Below, piece by piece: positions 13,245 to 28,789 of a stretch of 64,000 bases of DNA. The stretch comes from the human T2T-CHM13v2.0 reference genome, Homo sapiens. The notes below the pieces were generated by a model. It did no database searches, was not told where the DNA came from, and saw only the letters and a list, made by a program, of their open reading frames with translations. Within the stretch, counting starts at the first letter, position 1. Every line of letters begins with the position of its first letter. The stretch lies in the NCBI RefSeq assembly GCF_009914755.1, contig NC_060932.1; one strand, 5' to 3'. The position numbers and the translations under genes are program-made.

Positions 13245-14455
13245 CTGACTGGTTTTATCAGGTAATCCAAGGCATGAAAAACCAACAACAACAAAAAACT
13301 CATAAGAAGGGGCTATTTTAGATGGCAGGAAAATTAAAACAGACATAGCAATCCAATATAATACTTGGAACATGTTTGAATCTTGATTCCAATAAGCTCC
13401 TTGTAAAAGGATATTTTTTTGAGACAATGAAAGAATTTTGAATATGAATTGAGTATCGGTTGTGACAAGGAATTATTGGTAATTTGGTTGGACGTAACAA
13501 TAGCATTATATTTATATAAAAAAATATATTTTTAGTGAAGCATAGGTCAGAATATGAAGACTACGTTAAATTTCATGATATCTTGGATTTGCCATAAAAT
13601 ACTTAGGGAAAAGATATAATTTCCTGATGAGTTCTTCCTGCCTGCTGCACAAATAAAATCAATTCACAGAGACCACATCATTGCAGTAAAGAAGGAGTTT
13701 AATTGACGGGAGGCCGGCCATGCCTTGTGGGAGATGGAATTATTACTCAAATCAATCTCACCAAAGGCTCAGAGGTTAGGGGTTTTTCAAAGATAGCTTG
13801 GTGGGTAGGGAGCCAGGAATTCGTTGGGTAGGAGATGAAATCATACGGAGTTGAAGCTGTTCAATTGTGCTGATTTGGTTCCTGGGTGGGGCCACAGGAC
13901 TACTGGTGAGTCCCAGTGGGGCCATTTGGTTGTCAGAAATGCAGAAGCCTGAAAAGACATCTCAAAAAGCCAGTCTTAGGTTCTACAGTAGTGATGCTGT
14001 CTGCAGAAGTAATTGGGGAAGACACAAGTCTTGGGAGCTCCACAATAATGATTGGTAATTATTTAACTGTGCCTACATTGTAGTAGAGTTCAGGACCCTC
14101 TCATCCTTGTAACTTTGTGGCCTTTCTTTAGTTTTACAAGGGTAGTTTAGTTTTTGGGAAGGCCTATTATCATTTAAACTATAAACTAAATTTTCCCCAA
14201 AGTTAGCTTGGCGTACGTCCAGGAGTGAGTGACAACAGCCAGCCTATAAAGAAAGAAGCAAGATGGAGTCAGCCATGTCAGATTTCTCAACCTGTCATAA
14301 TTTTGCAAAGGCAGTTTCACAAAGAGCAGGAGAAAAGAAAAATGTTGCAAAAGTAGCAATCTGATTGTTGATAACTGTTTAGTCTGAGTGAATTACGATG
14401 GTTCATTTTACTATTGTTTCTACTTTTGTGTATGTTTGAACTTTTTTCTTCAAAG
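13245..14455 (+). mobile_element. Old L1 (L1MC/L1ME-like) 3' UTR split by an LTR
   Basis: TTGAATCTTGATTC..GAGACAAT..TTTTGAATATGAATTG before the LTR; GGTTCATTTTACTATTGTTTCTACTTTTGTGTATGTTTGAA after it. Confidence 0.7.
13615..14319 (-). mobile_element. ERV1 solo LTR (MER4-group/LTR8-like)
   Basis: Minus strand begins TGAAACTGCCTTTGCAAAATTATGACAG..AAATCTGACATGGCTGACTCCATCTTGCTT; ~700 bp. Confidence 0.85.
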
Positions 14456-14839
14456 AGTTGTTGCAAAAGGCCATATGAACAAGTATGTTTCCTTTAACCT
14501 CATTTCTCTTCAGGGTTCATTTTCATCTCTCTCCCTCTCATTCTCTTGACATTTTTGGAAATAGCTGTCTAGCTAAACACTTTTATTTCCTTGTTTACCT
14601 ACAGCAACTTGATTTTTATGCACACAATTTTCTTGAAACTGCTCTATCAAAAGGCATCTTACATCTATGTCATCTTCTAATTCACTTCCCCCCTCCACCA
14701 CTGTCCAGGCAAAAGAGGCTGTTTTACCCATGGAGGGGAGAGAGACAGGAAGCAGCGTGGGGAGGATGGGCTCATGTGACACTTTAAACTGCTTGCTTTG
14801 TTCACAAGTAAAGTTGGTTTTCACAGAGCAGAGAATGGT

Positions 14840-15128
14840 TCCTGGACTAATGCTAAAATCCTTGGATGCTCACATCCCTTAAATAAAATGGTGTAGTATT
14901 TTCACATAACCTATGGATATCCTTCCATATTCTTTAAATGATCTCTAGATTAGATTATTTATAATATCTAATCCAATGTATATGCTATGTAAATAGTGGT
15001 TATATTGTATTGTATTTTATTTCTATTATTTTTTATTGCTAATTATTTATTGCTTTTTAAAAAATATTTTAAGTCTGCAGTTGGCTGAATCCACCAAAGT
15101 GGAACCTGTGGATACAAAGAACCAACTG
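14840..15128 (+). mobile_element. MER2 (Tigger-family DNA transposon) fragment
   Basis: AAAATCCTTGGATGCTCACATCCCTTAAATAAAATGGTGTAGTATTT..CAGTTGGCTGAATCCAC..GTGGAACCTGTGGATAC..AACTG. Confidence 0.85.
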
Positions 15129-15439
15129 TGTAAGATCCCCAAGATGTTATAATCGTTTTGAAAAAGTGTCAACTGTGAGCATCACAGTAGCCTTCACTGG
15201 AGCAAACGATAAATTTTTTTCTCTGTGCTTGCCAACTGACTTGTCAATCAGAACAAATAGGATGTGTTTGGGCCTCCCCATCTGCCTTACATGGATAGTT
15301 TGGGGATTCTTGTCACAGGACAAAACATGCCGTTAAATAAAGACCACCCTTCCTGGAAGCTGCTAAGGCCTGGCAGGATTAGCTCCAGCTTTTCTCTCCA
15401 TGGCACATGCTCACTGTGCTGTGTGCCCCACCCCACGTG

Positions 15440-15770
15440 GGATGCTCCTAGTCCTCCTACCACAGGGCTTTGCATGCACTATCTTCTTACCCCAGTCCAC
15501 TCACTCCCCTTAGAGCGCCCTCTCCTCAGACCACCAGCTCCTTCAGAACCCAGCATAATTATTACTTCTCAGGAAGCCTCTCCTCCCTAAGCAGGACAAC
15601 CCCTCCTATAACCTGCTTTCCCATCCCATGTTCACTTCCTTCCTATCCCTTATCTGGCTATAATCTTACATGTATCGAGTCTTTGATAACATCTATCCCC
15701 AATAGTATATATCCCATGAGGGTGGGGACCACGGTTTAATTTTTTGTCCTCGCTAATTCTTGCTGTCCTG
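15440..15770 (+). mobile_element. L2 fragment
   Basis: TCCTTCAGAACCCAGC..CTCAGGAAGCCT..CCCATGAGGGTGGGGACC. Confidence 0.5.
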
Positions 15771-15988
15771 AAAGCTCTTCACTAGCCCTTGATAAGTCTC
15801 CTTAAATGTAAACCATTTGGCTTCTCTCTGATCTCAACTTATGCTGTTCTGTGCCTCCTATTTATGGCCAATATTTCATTTTTCCTTTTCAGTCCAATCC
15901 TGAACTTATATATCATGAGGGCCTCATGAACTATGAGATTACAAAGTGGAGTGAATAATCTCTTAAATCACAGTTCTTGTATCAAAAT

Positions 15989-16386
15989 CGTTAAAAGAAA
16001 AACTTTAGCCAAATTAAATTTAAGAGAGTTTAACTGAGCAAAGAATGATTCACAGATCGGGCAGCCTCCTGAGCCAGAGTAGGGTCAGAGACTCCAGCGC
16101 AGCCAGGTGGTGGAAGATTTATGGACAGAAAAAGAAAAGTGACCCACAGAAAATGGAAGTGAGGTACAGAAACAGCCAGGTTGGTTACAGCTCAGCATTT
16201 GCCTTATTTGAACATGGTTTGAATGGTTGGCCAGCTTTGATTGGCTGAAACTTGGTGATTGGCACAAGAGTAGACTACAGTCTGTATACACCTTCATTTA
16301 GGTTATAGTTCACGATGTACAGAGAAATCTTTAGGCCAAACTTAAAATATGCAAGGAGGTGTCTTTAGACTACACTTGATTTAAGA
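15989..16386 (-). mobile_element. ERV1 solo LTR (MER57A/B-like)
   Basis: Minus strand reads TTAAATCAAGTGTAGTCTAAAG..CTCCTTGCATATTTTAAGTTTGGCCTAAAGATTTCTCTGTACATCGTGAACTATAAC. Confidence 0.88.
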
Positions 16387-17055
16387 AAACTCAATTGCTT
16401 CTTTTTCCCTGTGTAAAACTTCATTGTCTTTAGTATAAATTCTTCAGTTGGTCTCCTACTGACTTCTCAAAAGTAAAGGATGTGGAAAATTGTCTTTTTT
16501 TGTACTTCATGTCCTGCCAACATATTGGTGACCTCAATGGTCATGTAGATGTCCTGTCTGAAATCCTGACCCTCACAGTCCTCTGACTTCCTCATCTCTA
16601 AGGATCTTGACTGCCCCTCCTCCTCAGTCCCACATAGAGTCATACTTTCACCTGGGACTTGGTCACCAACTAGACTAATTCCTATTAGAAATCTTCAATT
16701 CCATTATCCTATTCTGGCCATAATCTCCAAAATGTTCAGTCCTTATTCTTGCAAATATGTCTGGATTATCTTCAGCCCTCATCTTACCTGACCACTTTGT
16801 AGCATTTGATGATGTTGTCAATCTTTTTTTTTCTTAAATAAAAACTCTTAACTTTCTTGTTTATCATAAAAATTGTCCGCCCTGGTCATCCTCTGATTTC
16901 TTTTCTCGTCCCTTCTTACTATCATACATGGGCCTTTAACCCTGCCCTCTCAAGCTATTGCTTTTCCAGTTTCTGTTCTTACCCATTGCTCTTCCATTCA
17001 ACAGGTCTTTCTGGGTGATTCACATGGTTTAAACAACTCTCATATGAAGATGACT

Positions 17056-17147
17056 CTATCTATCATCCATCGTATGTATGTATCTATCCTCTCTATCTAG
17101 GTATCTGCCTATCTATGTATCTATCTGTCTATCCATCCGTCTATCTT
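17056..17147. repeat. Degenerate (TCTA)n repeat
   Basis: CTATCTATCATCCATC..TATCTATCTGTCTATCCATCC. Confidence 0.75.
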
Positions 17148-17391
17148 TATAGCATTGCTCTCACATCTGGGATATAAACTTGAATATCCAAATGCTTAAT
17201 GAGCATCTTCGCTTGGATGTACCACAGGCTCCTCAGACTTTACGTCTCACTCTCACCCCCATGACCTTTTCCTATCCTGACCAGCTCTTCCTCCTGGTTT
17301 TCTTGCTTATTCAATGGCACAATCAGCTCTGTCATACACTTGTGAATCGCCCTGAACTCCTCCTACTCCTTCCTCCCTGCACACCCAATTA

Positions 17392-17748
<357 letters not shown>

Positions 17749-19169
17749 TCAATGCTCTTTTTTTCTATCTGATATACAGCTTTCTTTCATTTACTCATTG
17801 TTTCTCTCACCTGGAATATTACAATAGCCTCCTACATTTGCTTACTTCCCACTAATCTAATTTATTCATTATTTCTCACAGGAATATTACAACATCCTTC
17901 TACTCTCCTTTCATCTGAGGAGCTTTCAAATTTATCTTCCATACTGTCACAGAATGCCCTATCTAAAATGCAATTGCAACCAGTTACACCCCTGCTTAAA
18001 AACTCTTCAAAGCCTTTCTGTTTTCCACAAGATAAAGTTTAGGGCCTGAAGCAACACACATAGGACCTCCATGATCTACCTCTATCACCATGGCCGAGCT
18101 AGCCTTTCATTGGTAGGAATATCAAGCTATTTGTCATTTCCATCCCAACCGTTTCACTCCCGGTCTCTCACAAACACTGTCCTAGATATACTCTCAGTCT
18201 TTCTAATCTGGTGCTATTGCAAAATTATCTTAATTGGTGATGGCTGTAGAATTGCTTTTTCTAAAGTATTGATCTGACTGTGTCATTTTCCTGCTCAAAA
18301 GCTTTGTTAACTAATCAGTCTTTTCAGAATTTATTCATTCGTTCACTCATTTAGTCAAGTGTTGAGTAGCACATTCCAGGCATTGTGCTGAAATTCTCAG
18401 CAATACAGTGTACGTATTCTAGAACCAACACATATTTCCATTTCTAGATCTCTCCTGCTGGTCTCTCTGCTTGGAATTTTCTTCCCTGATTCAGTGTAGC
18501 TAGCTACTTCTTTCCCTTCAGGATTCACCATTGCTTAGGAAAGTATTCCTGCATCTTTTATCTAAATCCTTTTGTTCTACCAAGGGGGCAGTAACAGCAT
18601 CTTCATTTCCTTCACAGCACTTTGCATTTTATCAGCACTTATCAATTCAGTGATCTCTTTGTCCTTCAGTACTGTAAGTTACAAGAAAATAAGAACTGTC
18701 TTCTTTTGCTTACCTCTGGATTCCCAGTGCCTAGTATAGTGCTTGACACATAGAAGCTATTTGTGAAAAGAATGAATGAAATCGGCATAAATGAAATAAT
18801 ACAAATCATGATTCTTTGTTCTCTATTAATCTAAAAGTTTCCAATTTTCAACAAAGTAGATGTACTATATATAAGCAGTCTATGTCCTACCAGCATTTAT
18901 TCCATCAGTGTTGAATTTGTCCCAAATATTTCCATCTCCTGCCTATTTCCATATCAGAAATCCCTTGGTTTCTTTCCCTAACACTTCTTTGTTATTCTCC
19001 AACATTTAATCCTTCTTCATCAGAAACACGGTCTCTTGTGTATGTGCTCCCATATATTCATTATATGTCCGTTCTTCAGCATCAGTAAGGCACTATTCAT
19101 GTCTCTATTGGATTATGAGTTCCTTAAAGTTAAGGCTTCTGGCTCTAGATCTAGGGGAGACAAATACTT

Positions 19170-19380
19170 CTTGGATACCTGGCACTGTGCTAAGTAACTG
19201 CATATGAGATATTTAATTCCTTAAACCAAACTTTACAAACTGGATCTTAGTTTTGCAGATAAATAAAATGGAAAGTCTAAGGGATTAAGTGATTTGCCCA
19301 AGATTAATAATAAGTTAATAATAAATTAATAGGTGGTAGAGCTGGGTCTCAAAGTAAGTTAAGATTAATTTCAAGAAACA
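19170..19380 (-). mobile_element. MIR
   Basis: GGCACTGTGCTAAG..TTTTGCAGATAAATAAA..TTAAGTGATTTGCCCAAG..GGTAGAGCTGGG. Confidence 0.7.
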
Positions 19381-21399
19381 GTGTTATTATGTTTGCCTCT
19401 CTTGCTTATCTTTGTATGCCAACCACCTAGCTCAGTGTCTTCCACATAATAAGCGTCAAATAGAACATAAACTTAATCAAATTGAAACCAGATGGGCAAC
19501 CATCTCCTTTGAGGTTCACTGCGTGTTGGGTAAGTTCTTATACCTAGTAGTTTTATTCATAAGCTTTAATATACACACGAGAAAACCACACATTATCACT
19601 CTCCTTTTAGCCAGCTGATAATAGTTTCTTCCCACCCTTACCCCTCAAAAAACCCAGAAAATATTGTAAGAAATATTATAATATCCCACCATTCATTTTT
19701 TCCGTGTGACTCTTAATGTTGTGGCCTATGAAAGGAAGCTACAGATGATCTAACTGACCTCTAAGATCCAATCTATTCTAACATTCTGCACATCTGTAAC
19801 TCTATGAGTAGATGAATTGTGAGTACATATATCTAATATTATAGAAACTCACCTAGGATCAACGCAGAAGGGTAAAAATGCTAAATACCTATTCTGAAAC
19901 AGTAGCCTCACAGAAGAATACTACATAAAGTTATCATCCAATTTCCAGAAGCGTAACCTAGTTTCAGACTAAAACGCAAAATTAAAAGTATCCCTGCTGT
20001 AATGAAACACTTCTTTTCATTTTGTACCAATGCACTCCAGTATCATTCTTGCTTATATTTCAACAGTTTTTGAGTCGAGTTGGTAGGCTTAGGAAGAGAT
20101 GACTTATATTTATGCCAGATTCAGCACAGTTCCTTTCCAATGGTACTTAAATGTCCTTATTCCAGAGGGAAATAAAATGACATACTACAATGGAAGCATT
20201 TTGAGCTGCAGAATTTAGAACTGTGTCCTCCAAATCATTTGGTTAGTAAGGTATCTGTTGGAAAAGCCCAAAAGAACTTCAACAGCAAAAATTGACCAAG
20301 TCTTCATTGTTTTTGCCTCAATATATTTCACACACAACTTTCTGGGAAGGTAGCCAAGGTAGGAGTTGCCCTAGCTAAAAATACATTTCCTTTAAATGTG
20401 AAAGTGGAAGTGATTGTAGCAATTGTTATTTGTGAGGCTCCAAAGAGATACTGATTGCTGCATAGTAGATTTGTCTCATGGAATTTAAAGAGTTTTCTGA
20501 CATGATCTTATTAAGCCATGTTAATTATTTTGTTCATAAACTAAGTAAGTATTTAGAACTACAATCTGTTCTACTTTAAAGCTGTTTCATTGATACTGCT
20601 TCCCTTGTGCAAATAGGAGATAATAGGAGAATAATGTCTACATAACACAGCAGTTGTGTCTTAGTTCATGTATAATTTTTTTTCCAGCAGGTTAATGTTT
20701 TAAAGTGGTCAGAGTAGGCTTTCTTACAACTAAAGAAAGAGCCTTAGCAATCTGTGAATTAACTCTGGAAATCTACAGAACTGCAGGTGGAGACTAGGTT
20801 AGTGGCTTCAAGAATTGCTACCCTTTCTACTATGCCAAGCTTCTTGGGTAAACTGTTACTGCAGATAACAAAGCTGCAATGACATTTCCCTTCTATTAAA
20901 AAAAAAAGGTACACTCTGGATAAGATTTCTAATATTTGTTAAATAATCTACTAGAAGAGAGTGTCCTCTAGGATCTCTCCTTCAAAGGGAAATCACCAGA
21001 ACCAGGAGTTAAAATTGCGAAGATTAACTGATTGGACATAAATACAAAGAGAGATTTAACAATGCTGGTATTTCTATTAGGAGGGTTAATTATTCTCATT
21101 AGTGTCTTGGTTGCAAAATTCCATAGCTTATGAGGAATTTGTCCCAATTCTATTCTTTCCATAAGCTCTCTTATTTTTAGTGTCCAATTTTACAGAGGTG
21201 AACATGCATTGTAGGAGAAATACCTGAATTATTTTATAAACAGGAGAAAATCCAAATTTTCTAAATGTAAGAGATTAAAGCCAAGTCACAATCCAATGAG
21301 GAGGCAGAGTAAAACATTAGGATTTATGGTTCTTAATTCTTGCATGACTGTTTTAGGAAGTACTTGTTTGTATCTACCACTGAAGATATGTGGTGGTAT

Positions 21400-21490
21400 A
21401 ATATATACATATATCAAAACAATCACACTATAATCATACATATCTACAATTATTTGTCAATTAAAAGTAAAATAAAATAAATTTTTAAGA
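21400..21490 (+). mobile_element. L1MA-like extreme 3' end
   Basis: ATATACATATATCAAAACAATCACAC..TACAATTATTTGTCAATTAAAA. Confidence 0.6.
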
Positions 21491-21959
21491 ACAAAGAAAA
21501 CAATTGAAATCTTTCAACAGACTTTATTTTCCTTTTATTTTTACACATTTACTTATTTCCAAAAGGATTGAAATGCCACTAAGGAGGGACTTAATACTTT
21601 ATGACTTTTTCAGAGCCTCCTTGAGACATGTTAAAGTTGCACAGTTGAAAAATACCACACAGCTTTACTGTTGTGCTTGGCAACTTTTCAGAAGATAAAT
21701 GCTAGCATTCCAGAGGCTTCCTAGTGAATGATGAAGGGTGGAGACACACATTCAGCACCTGATGGCAAGCTGGGCTAATGGTGAGAGGTACCTTTGTGGT
21801 GGATGAAGATGTGGAGGGTGGGTGCAGAAGACTGCAGGACAGAGTGAGACAGGATCAGGGAACAGGTGCCTGTGATACCAAAAATCAGCTCTAGGGGTAT
21901 TTTGCCATGTGTGTATGGGTTGCTGAATATCTTTGCATATGACATTTTTCTGCATTAAT

Positions 21960-22330
21960 TAATTATTCATTTGACTCAAGAAATGTGCTTTGCATATCTA
22001 TGTTGTTCCGGGTACTGTGCTTAGCATGAAGGAGAGAGATGAAAAACACTCAGCCTCTGGTTTCAAACAAACCAACAGCCAATTGCAATCCAGTATAATA
22101 ATGAGTGTCTGGTGTTATGGAAGCAGAAGGACACCTCTAACTCAGGCTGTGGTCAGAAAATTTAAAATGTGAGGATAATGCTTGAGTTTAGAACACCGGA
22201 AAACTTGGTAACCTGCCAAGTAAATAAAATGGGAGAGGGGACTTTCAGGCAGAGAGAATGGAATGTACAAAGGTGAGAGACAAAAAATATCGGAGTTTTG
22301 GGAAATGCAAGTGAGTGTGGTGGCAGCATA
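21960..22330 (-). mobile_element. L2 fragment, followed by (TG)n at 22336-22359
   Basis: TATTCATTTG..CTATGTTGTTCCGGGTACTGTGCTTAG..CAGGCAGAGAGAATGGAATGTACAAAGG. Confidence 0.65.
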
Positions 22331-22724
22331 ACCTCTGTGTGTGTGTGTGTGTGTGTGTGCACGCATCTGTGTGCACATGTGCACAAGCATATATGTACAC
22401 AATATGTGGAGTGATGGGGAAGGAATCAATTGAAGGTTGAAAATGAAATCAAAGAAGCAGGTAAAATCTAACTCATAAAAGGTTGTGCCTATCAACAGTT
22501 TGAACTTGGTAGGGTTTAACAATTAGTTTACTCAACCCAAGTTGCCTCCTTTACCTGTTCTCCACCATAGCACTTTCAAACCTTTGCTGGGCAATCAGCT
22601 CTGTGAGGGTAGTAGCCATGACTCTTAGTCACGGTTATATCTCTGGTGACAAAGCATAGTAGCTGACGCATGGGAGATGTCCAGTAACTACAGGTAGAAT
22701 GAGTCTCTCTTCTCAAGCTTTTAG

Positions 22725-23060
<336 letters not shown>

Positions 23061-23097
23061 TAAGTTCCTAACTCAGGAAATAATCATAATCAGACAT

Positions 23098-23568
23098 TGT
23101 GTTACTTTCCTAGAGCTTCTATAACAAAATGTGACAAACTAAGTGGCTTAAACAACATACTTATTGTCTCACAATTCTGGAGCCTAGGAGTCCAAGATCC
23201 AGTGTCAGGAGAGTTGATTCGTTCTTGAGGCAGTGAGGAAGAATCTGTTCAATGCTTCTTCCCTACCTTTTAGTGGTTTTGGGGTAATCTTTGGTATTCT
23301 TTGGCATCTAGACGCATCACTCCAATCTCTGCCTTCATGTTCACGTGGCATTCTCCGTGTGTGTGTGTGTGTGTGTGCACCTGTTTCCAAACTTCCCTTT
23401 GAGTAAGGACACGAGGCACTTTGGATTAGGACCCACTATATTATTCTCATTGTAACTTCATCACCTCTGTAAAGATCCTATCTCTGAGTGAGGTCACCTT
23501 TTGTAGTAATCTAGGTTAGGACTTCAACATACGATTCTTGTGGGGAGTGTACAATTCAATCCACAACA
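23098..23568 (-). mobile_element. MaLR solo LTR (MLT1C-like)
   Basis: TGTGTTACTTTCCTAG..AAACTAAGTGGCTTAAACAAC..ACAATTCAATCCACAACA; internal (TG)n. Confidence 0.88.
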
Positions 23569-24379
23569 GGTACAAACTTCAAAACTACCTTCCATCAACT
23601 TTCATAATTTATTCTGCAAATAGAGTTTACTGTCCCCATTTTAAAGAGGAGAAAATTGGGGCTTACCCTCTTTCTATGATTTGATCAAGTTTCCACAGCT
23701 AGTAAGTGGCAGAGTTTTAACATTGTCTTTAAATAGCCAGATTGAATGCAACCAAAACAAACATTGCAGGAAAGAATTACTTGTTTTATATGTAGGTAGC
23801 ATGCAATATAAGAGTTGTTCATTCATTATTTTACTTATCTGATAAATAAACATATTGAATATTTATGATGTACCAGGCACTGTGGTATGTTCTGAGGGGA
23901 CAAGAAATTAGTAAAACGTAAAGGTTGACCTTAAAGCAATTTGCCATTTTCATGTCCAAATTGTAATGTCAGAACATATAAACATTGATCGAACATAAGG
24001 GGATGTTTTCCCAGATTTATCAAACTAAACTCAAACTACTTTACTTCAATTTCTTAGATACTCTATAAAACAACAAGGCAGAGAAATGTAGTGGGTTAAT
24101 AATACAATATAATTTGAAAAGGTTGACTTCGAACATGTTTAAAGAGTGTAAAACATTTGGCAGACAGTTTAATAACCTGTTCAGATAAAAGAAAACACGT
24201 ATAAAAATAAATACACAAAAAGCTAAAATGATTGCCAAACCTCATGTTTACTCACCCACTGTGATAGGATCTAAGAATGCTGAAAAGCAGCAAATTTGTC
24301 TTAAAAGGCAGTGTATTTTCAGATTCAGCAAATATTTACTGATGCCTACTGTGTGCTGGACTGTTTCCTGGGCGTTTTC

Positions 24380-24728
24380 CATTCTACCTGTGTGATAGTA
24401 AGCATCTTACCCCATGAGTCTCAATTGCCCATCTATAAAATAGAAACAGTAATAATACTTTCCTCACCACATTGTTATGAAGAGCAAATGAGATACCATA
24501 GGAAGAACTTGGTGCAGTGGCTGGCATGTAGTAGGTTTTTTTTTTTTTTTTTTTGAGTTAGATTCTCATTCTTTCACCCAGGCCAGAGTGCAGTGGCAGG
24601 ATCATGGCTTACTGCAGCCTCAATCTTCCAGGCTCAGGTGATCCTTGTACCTCGGCTTCCCAAAGTGCTGGGATTACAGGCATGAGCCACTGTGCCCAGC
24701 CTGTAGTAGCTTTTCAATAAATGTTTGT
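24380..24728 (+). mobile_element. MIR interrupted by an Alu monomer
   Basis: CATCTATAAAATAGAAACAGTAATAATAC..CTGGCATGTAGTAG | resumes TGTAGTAGCTTTTCAATAAATGTT. Confidence 0.7.
24536..24701 (-). mobile_element. Monomeric Alu (left-arm 5' half joined to right-arm 3' half)
   Basis: ~165 bp; TSD TGTAGTAG at 24527-24534 and 24702-24709. Confidence 0.9.
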
Positions 24729-24789
24729 GGAATCTGAATCTGAATCGTATAATTTTTCCTATTATTCTTAGACTAAGATTGGAGAATTA

Positions 24790-25108
<319 letters not shown>

Positions 25109-26139
25109 AAGATTGGAGAACTTTAAAAAAATATTGCGTACTTTAAATCTGAAAGTTCTTTCATAGCCTTATTATAAATATGCATTGTTAGAGACAGATG
25201 CAAACCGTTTTTATTTTTTTTTGTACAAGGCATATAAGAAAGAATAAGAATAAATTGTAACTTGAATTACAACATTCAAGACAAACTATTCTTAAATGTA
25301 TTGGAAAGAATTACGTATTCCCTGGGTTCTTAAAAAGGGTACAGTTTTTCAACTCTTTTTTTCTGTTATGCATTGCATTGGGTTACGATCAGAGCAATTT
25401 AAATGATGCAGTCACATTTTCTATTTAAAGTAATAAGGTTCAAATCTCTTAGAAATAAAGCAAAGCAATATAGCCATACTGCTGGTAATAACACTGATCA
25501 ATTTGATCTTACAAATATGAAACGAGTATGCCAGCATATCATGTAGCATGTGCCAACAATTCTGTAGTTATATATAAATTTGTACTGTTATTTGTTTTAA
25601 ATTTATGCTCCTGTCTGTTTCTGAAAGGACTTGAGACAGTGTATAAATATACGCATGGTTTAAATTTACAATGATACACACTCATAACATAACTCAATAA
25701 ATCCCACAAGAAACCTAAGTAACTTTTGTCTATCAGTTTCTGGGAAAGGTCTGCTTGTTTTCTTGAGGGAAAAAATAGACTCAACTTCTTCTTATTCATT
25801 GTTGTTTCCTTGGAGCTCTCTTAGGGAACCTATAGCTATCTGGGTTGTGGCTCACCAACCCATGTGATATGAGAGAGCAGAGGACTTTTATTAAACTCAC
25901 ATGTACTGTTGAAATCTTGACGGGGTACATTGTTAACATGGATCTGATATCAGTGAATAATATTTTAGGATTATAGATCTGGAATAGGTATATTTAAGAA
26001 ATAGATCTAGAATCCTATACTTGCCTAGAAGTAAGTTGCCACCATAACTTTTATGGCAGAAAATGACACTCCAAATGATGATTTTCCATTTTCCTTTTGG
26101 TAAAATGCTTTTACTAAATAAAAGCAGAATTGTGCATCT

Positions 26140-26900
<761 letters not shown>

Positions 26901-27569
26901 CATGTTTAAAATTGAGTTTTATAAATATTTTCCCCGACTAAAGGTAGATAGTATGCAAAAATATACTGGTGTTGGGACAGTCAATCACAGAGCTGCAAGG
27001 GGGAAATAACAGAAATCCTAAATAAAATAATGCTGCAGAGGTGAAGATTTATTAAACTCGATTCTACTGTATGGGAAACAAATCTAAGATTATTCATTAG
27101 GCAAAAGCACAAAAGAAGATTACATTCCTTTACATTGCTTCTCATTTTGTGAGATTGCTCTCCTGTCATTAACGCCGTCACGGCCTAAACTCAACAATTA
27201 TCAGACAAAAAGGAGTTCCTGTTTTGTCCTTTTCAGGTATTATTTCACAGCTTTGCTCTCTTGTTAACCTAAGCACTATGGCTCTGAAAAACCAAAACCA
27301 TTAATGCTTTTTTTTTACTGAATTCCCACGAGGCACTGAAAGATGTGATGCTCTGAAAAACTATGACAGGAAGTCACTAAAGACCATATTTTTGCTTAAG
27401 AAATTAGGACTAAATCTAATAATTATGATTAAAAATAGAAAAACCATAAAGAGATATATGGTGTTAGGAAAGAGAGTGATCTTGTAGTTAACTTCAAACT
27501 AATGACCAATTTATGCATATAATTATTTTCAGCTCTTAATAATGTTCTCAAAAGTTGAGGAGTTACTGA

Positions 27570-27690
27570 AACAAATGGACAAAATGCTGATAATTATGGA
27601 AACTGGATGGTGTATAAATGAGGGTTCACTATACTATTTTTTCTACTTTTGGAAGTGTTTGAACTTTTCCATAAAATGAAGTTTTAAAAA
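27570..27690 (+). mobile_element. Old L1 3' end fragment
   Basis: GGGTTCACTATACTATTTTTTCTACTTTTG..GTTTGAACTTTTCCATAA. Confidence 0.65.
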
Positions 27691-28789
27691 AGTATTTTGA
27701 TAATATTGTGTGGTGAGTATCCATAACTGGAAAATAAAATTTATTTTAATTTGATTATATTACTTGATCAATTTATTTAGCTTCTGGATTTTTGAGTCTG
27801 TGAAATTTACTTGGTAAGCTTCCATTATAAGACTCTATCTAAGGTCTTAAAAACACTCCCCAAAATCTCTTCCTACAGAAAGTAATTTACAGTAAGGATA
27901 CAGTGAGCTTCAATTTAAGATGATAATACAAAACATAATCATTTTCTGTCTTAGTAACTTGCTTGAAGCGAAGTCTTTTGTGGATGAGATAGTCATTGAC
28001 TTAGTGGAAAACACCATTTTACATTTACATATTTATTTAAGTTCCAACTTGTTTCAAATTATTTGATGTGGCCCATGATATATACTAGAGTAATCTCTTA
28101 TCCTAGAAGAAATGTATTTCCCAAAATAAAATAATTGAACCCTAGAGAATAATTTTCACAAATAACTAAACATATAATTGCATTTCACATTTTGCTTACT
28201 AATGAAATTTTCAAAATGGTAAAGATTTACTTCTAATGTTTTTTAGGTCAAAAAGGCTTACAGAAAAATTCAAAATGAAAGTTGGTTTAATTAAGATCAA
28301 GAAGGAGAAGATGGTGTGAATTAAATTTTTTGTCAGAAAACATTTCAAATACAAACTAAATGACCTAAGAATTGTAGACTCAGTAGTAGATAATATAAAT
28401 GACCATCCCGAAACAGATTCTGCAAGTGGTAAGCCTTGTTGTACACTGGAAGAGAGAGATAAATGACAAGCCACCTTCTTCTTGAGGCCTGGAAGATTCA
28501 AACAGCAGTTCCCCATTTTCCAAATTTATTATCAGGAATAAAAGCAATATTGAAATAATGCCCAAGCCATATTTAAAAAAGATCTCAGCACTGATGATAA
28601 ATTGATCAGGCTTCGAATAAATTGTGAGAATTTTTGTTTGGCATTCAGAAAGCATTTCTTATAGAAACAATTTTTCATATGGTGGTTTGGACCCCGGAAA
28701 AACCCACAAACCTCTTTAGCATGTTGTATGTTTGCAGTATATACGGACAATGCTAAAGGTGTACAATGCCACTGTACTGCAATACTCTC

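Noticed and set aside
13615-16386. Two nearby minus-strand ERV1 LTRs as the ends of one provirus
   Set aside because: Different LTR families, and the intervening DNA is L1, MER2 and L2 rather than gag/pol.
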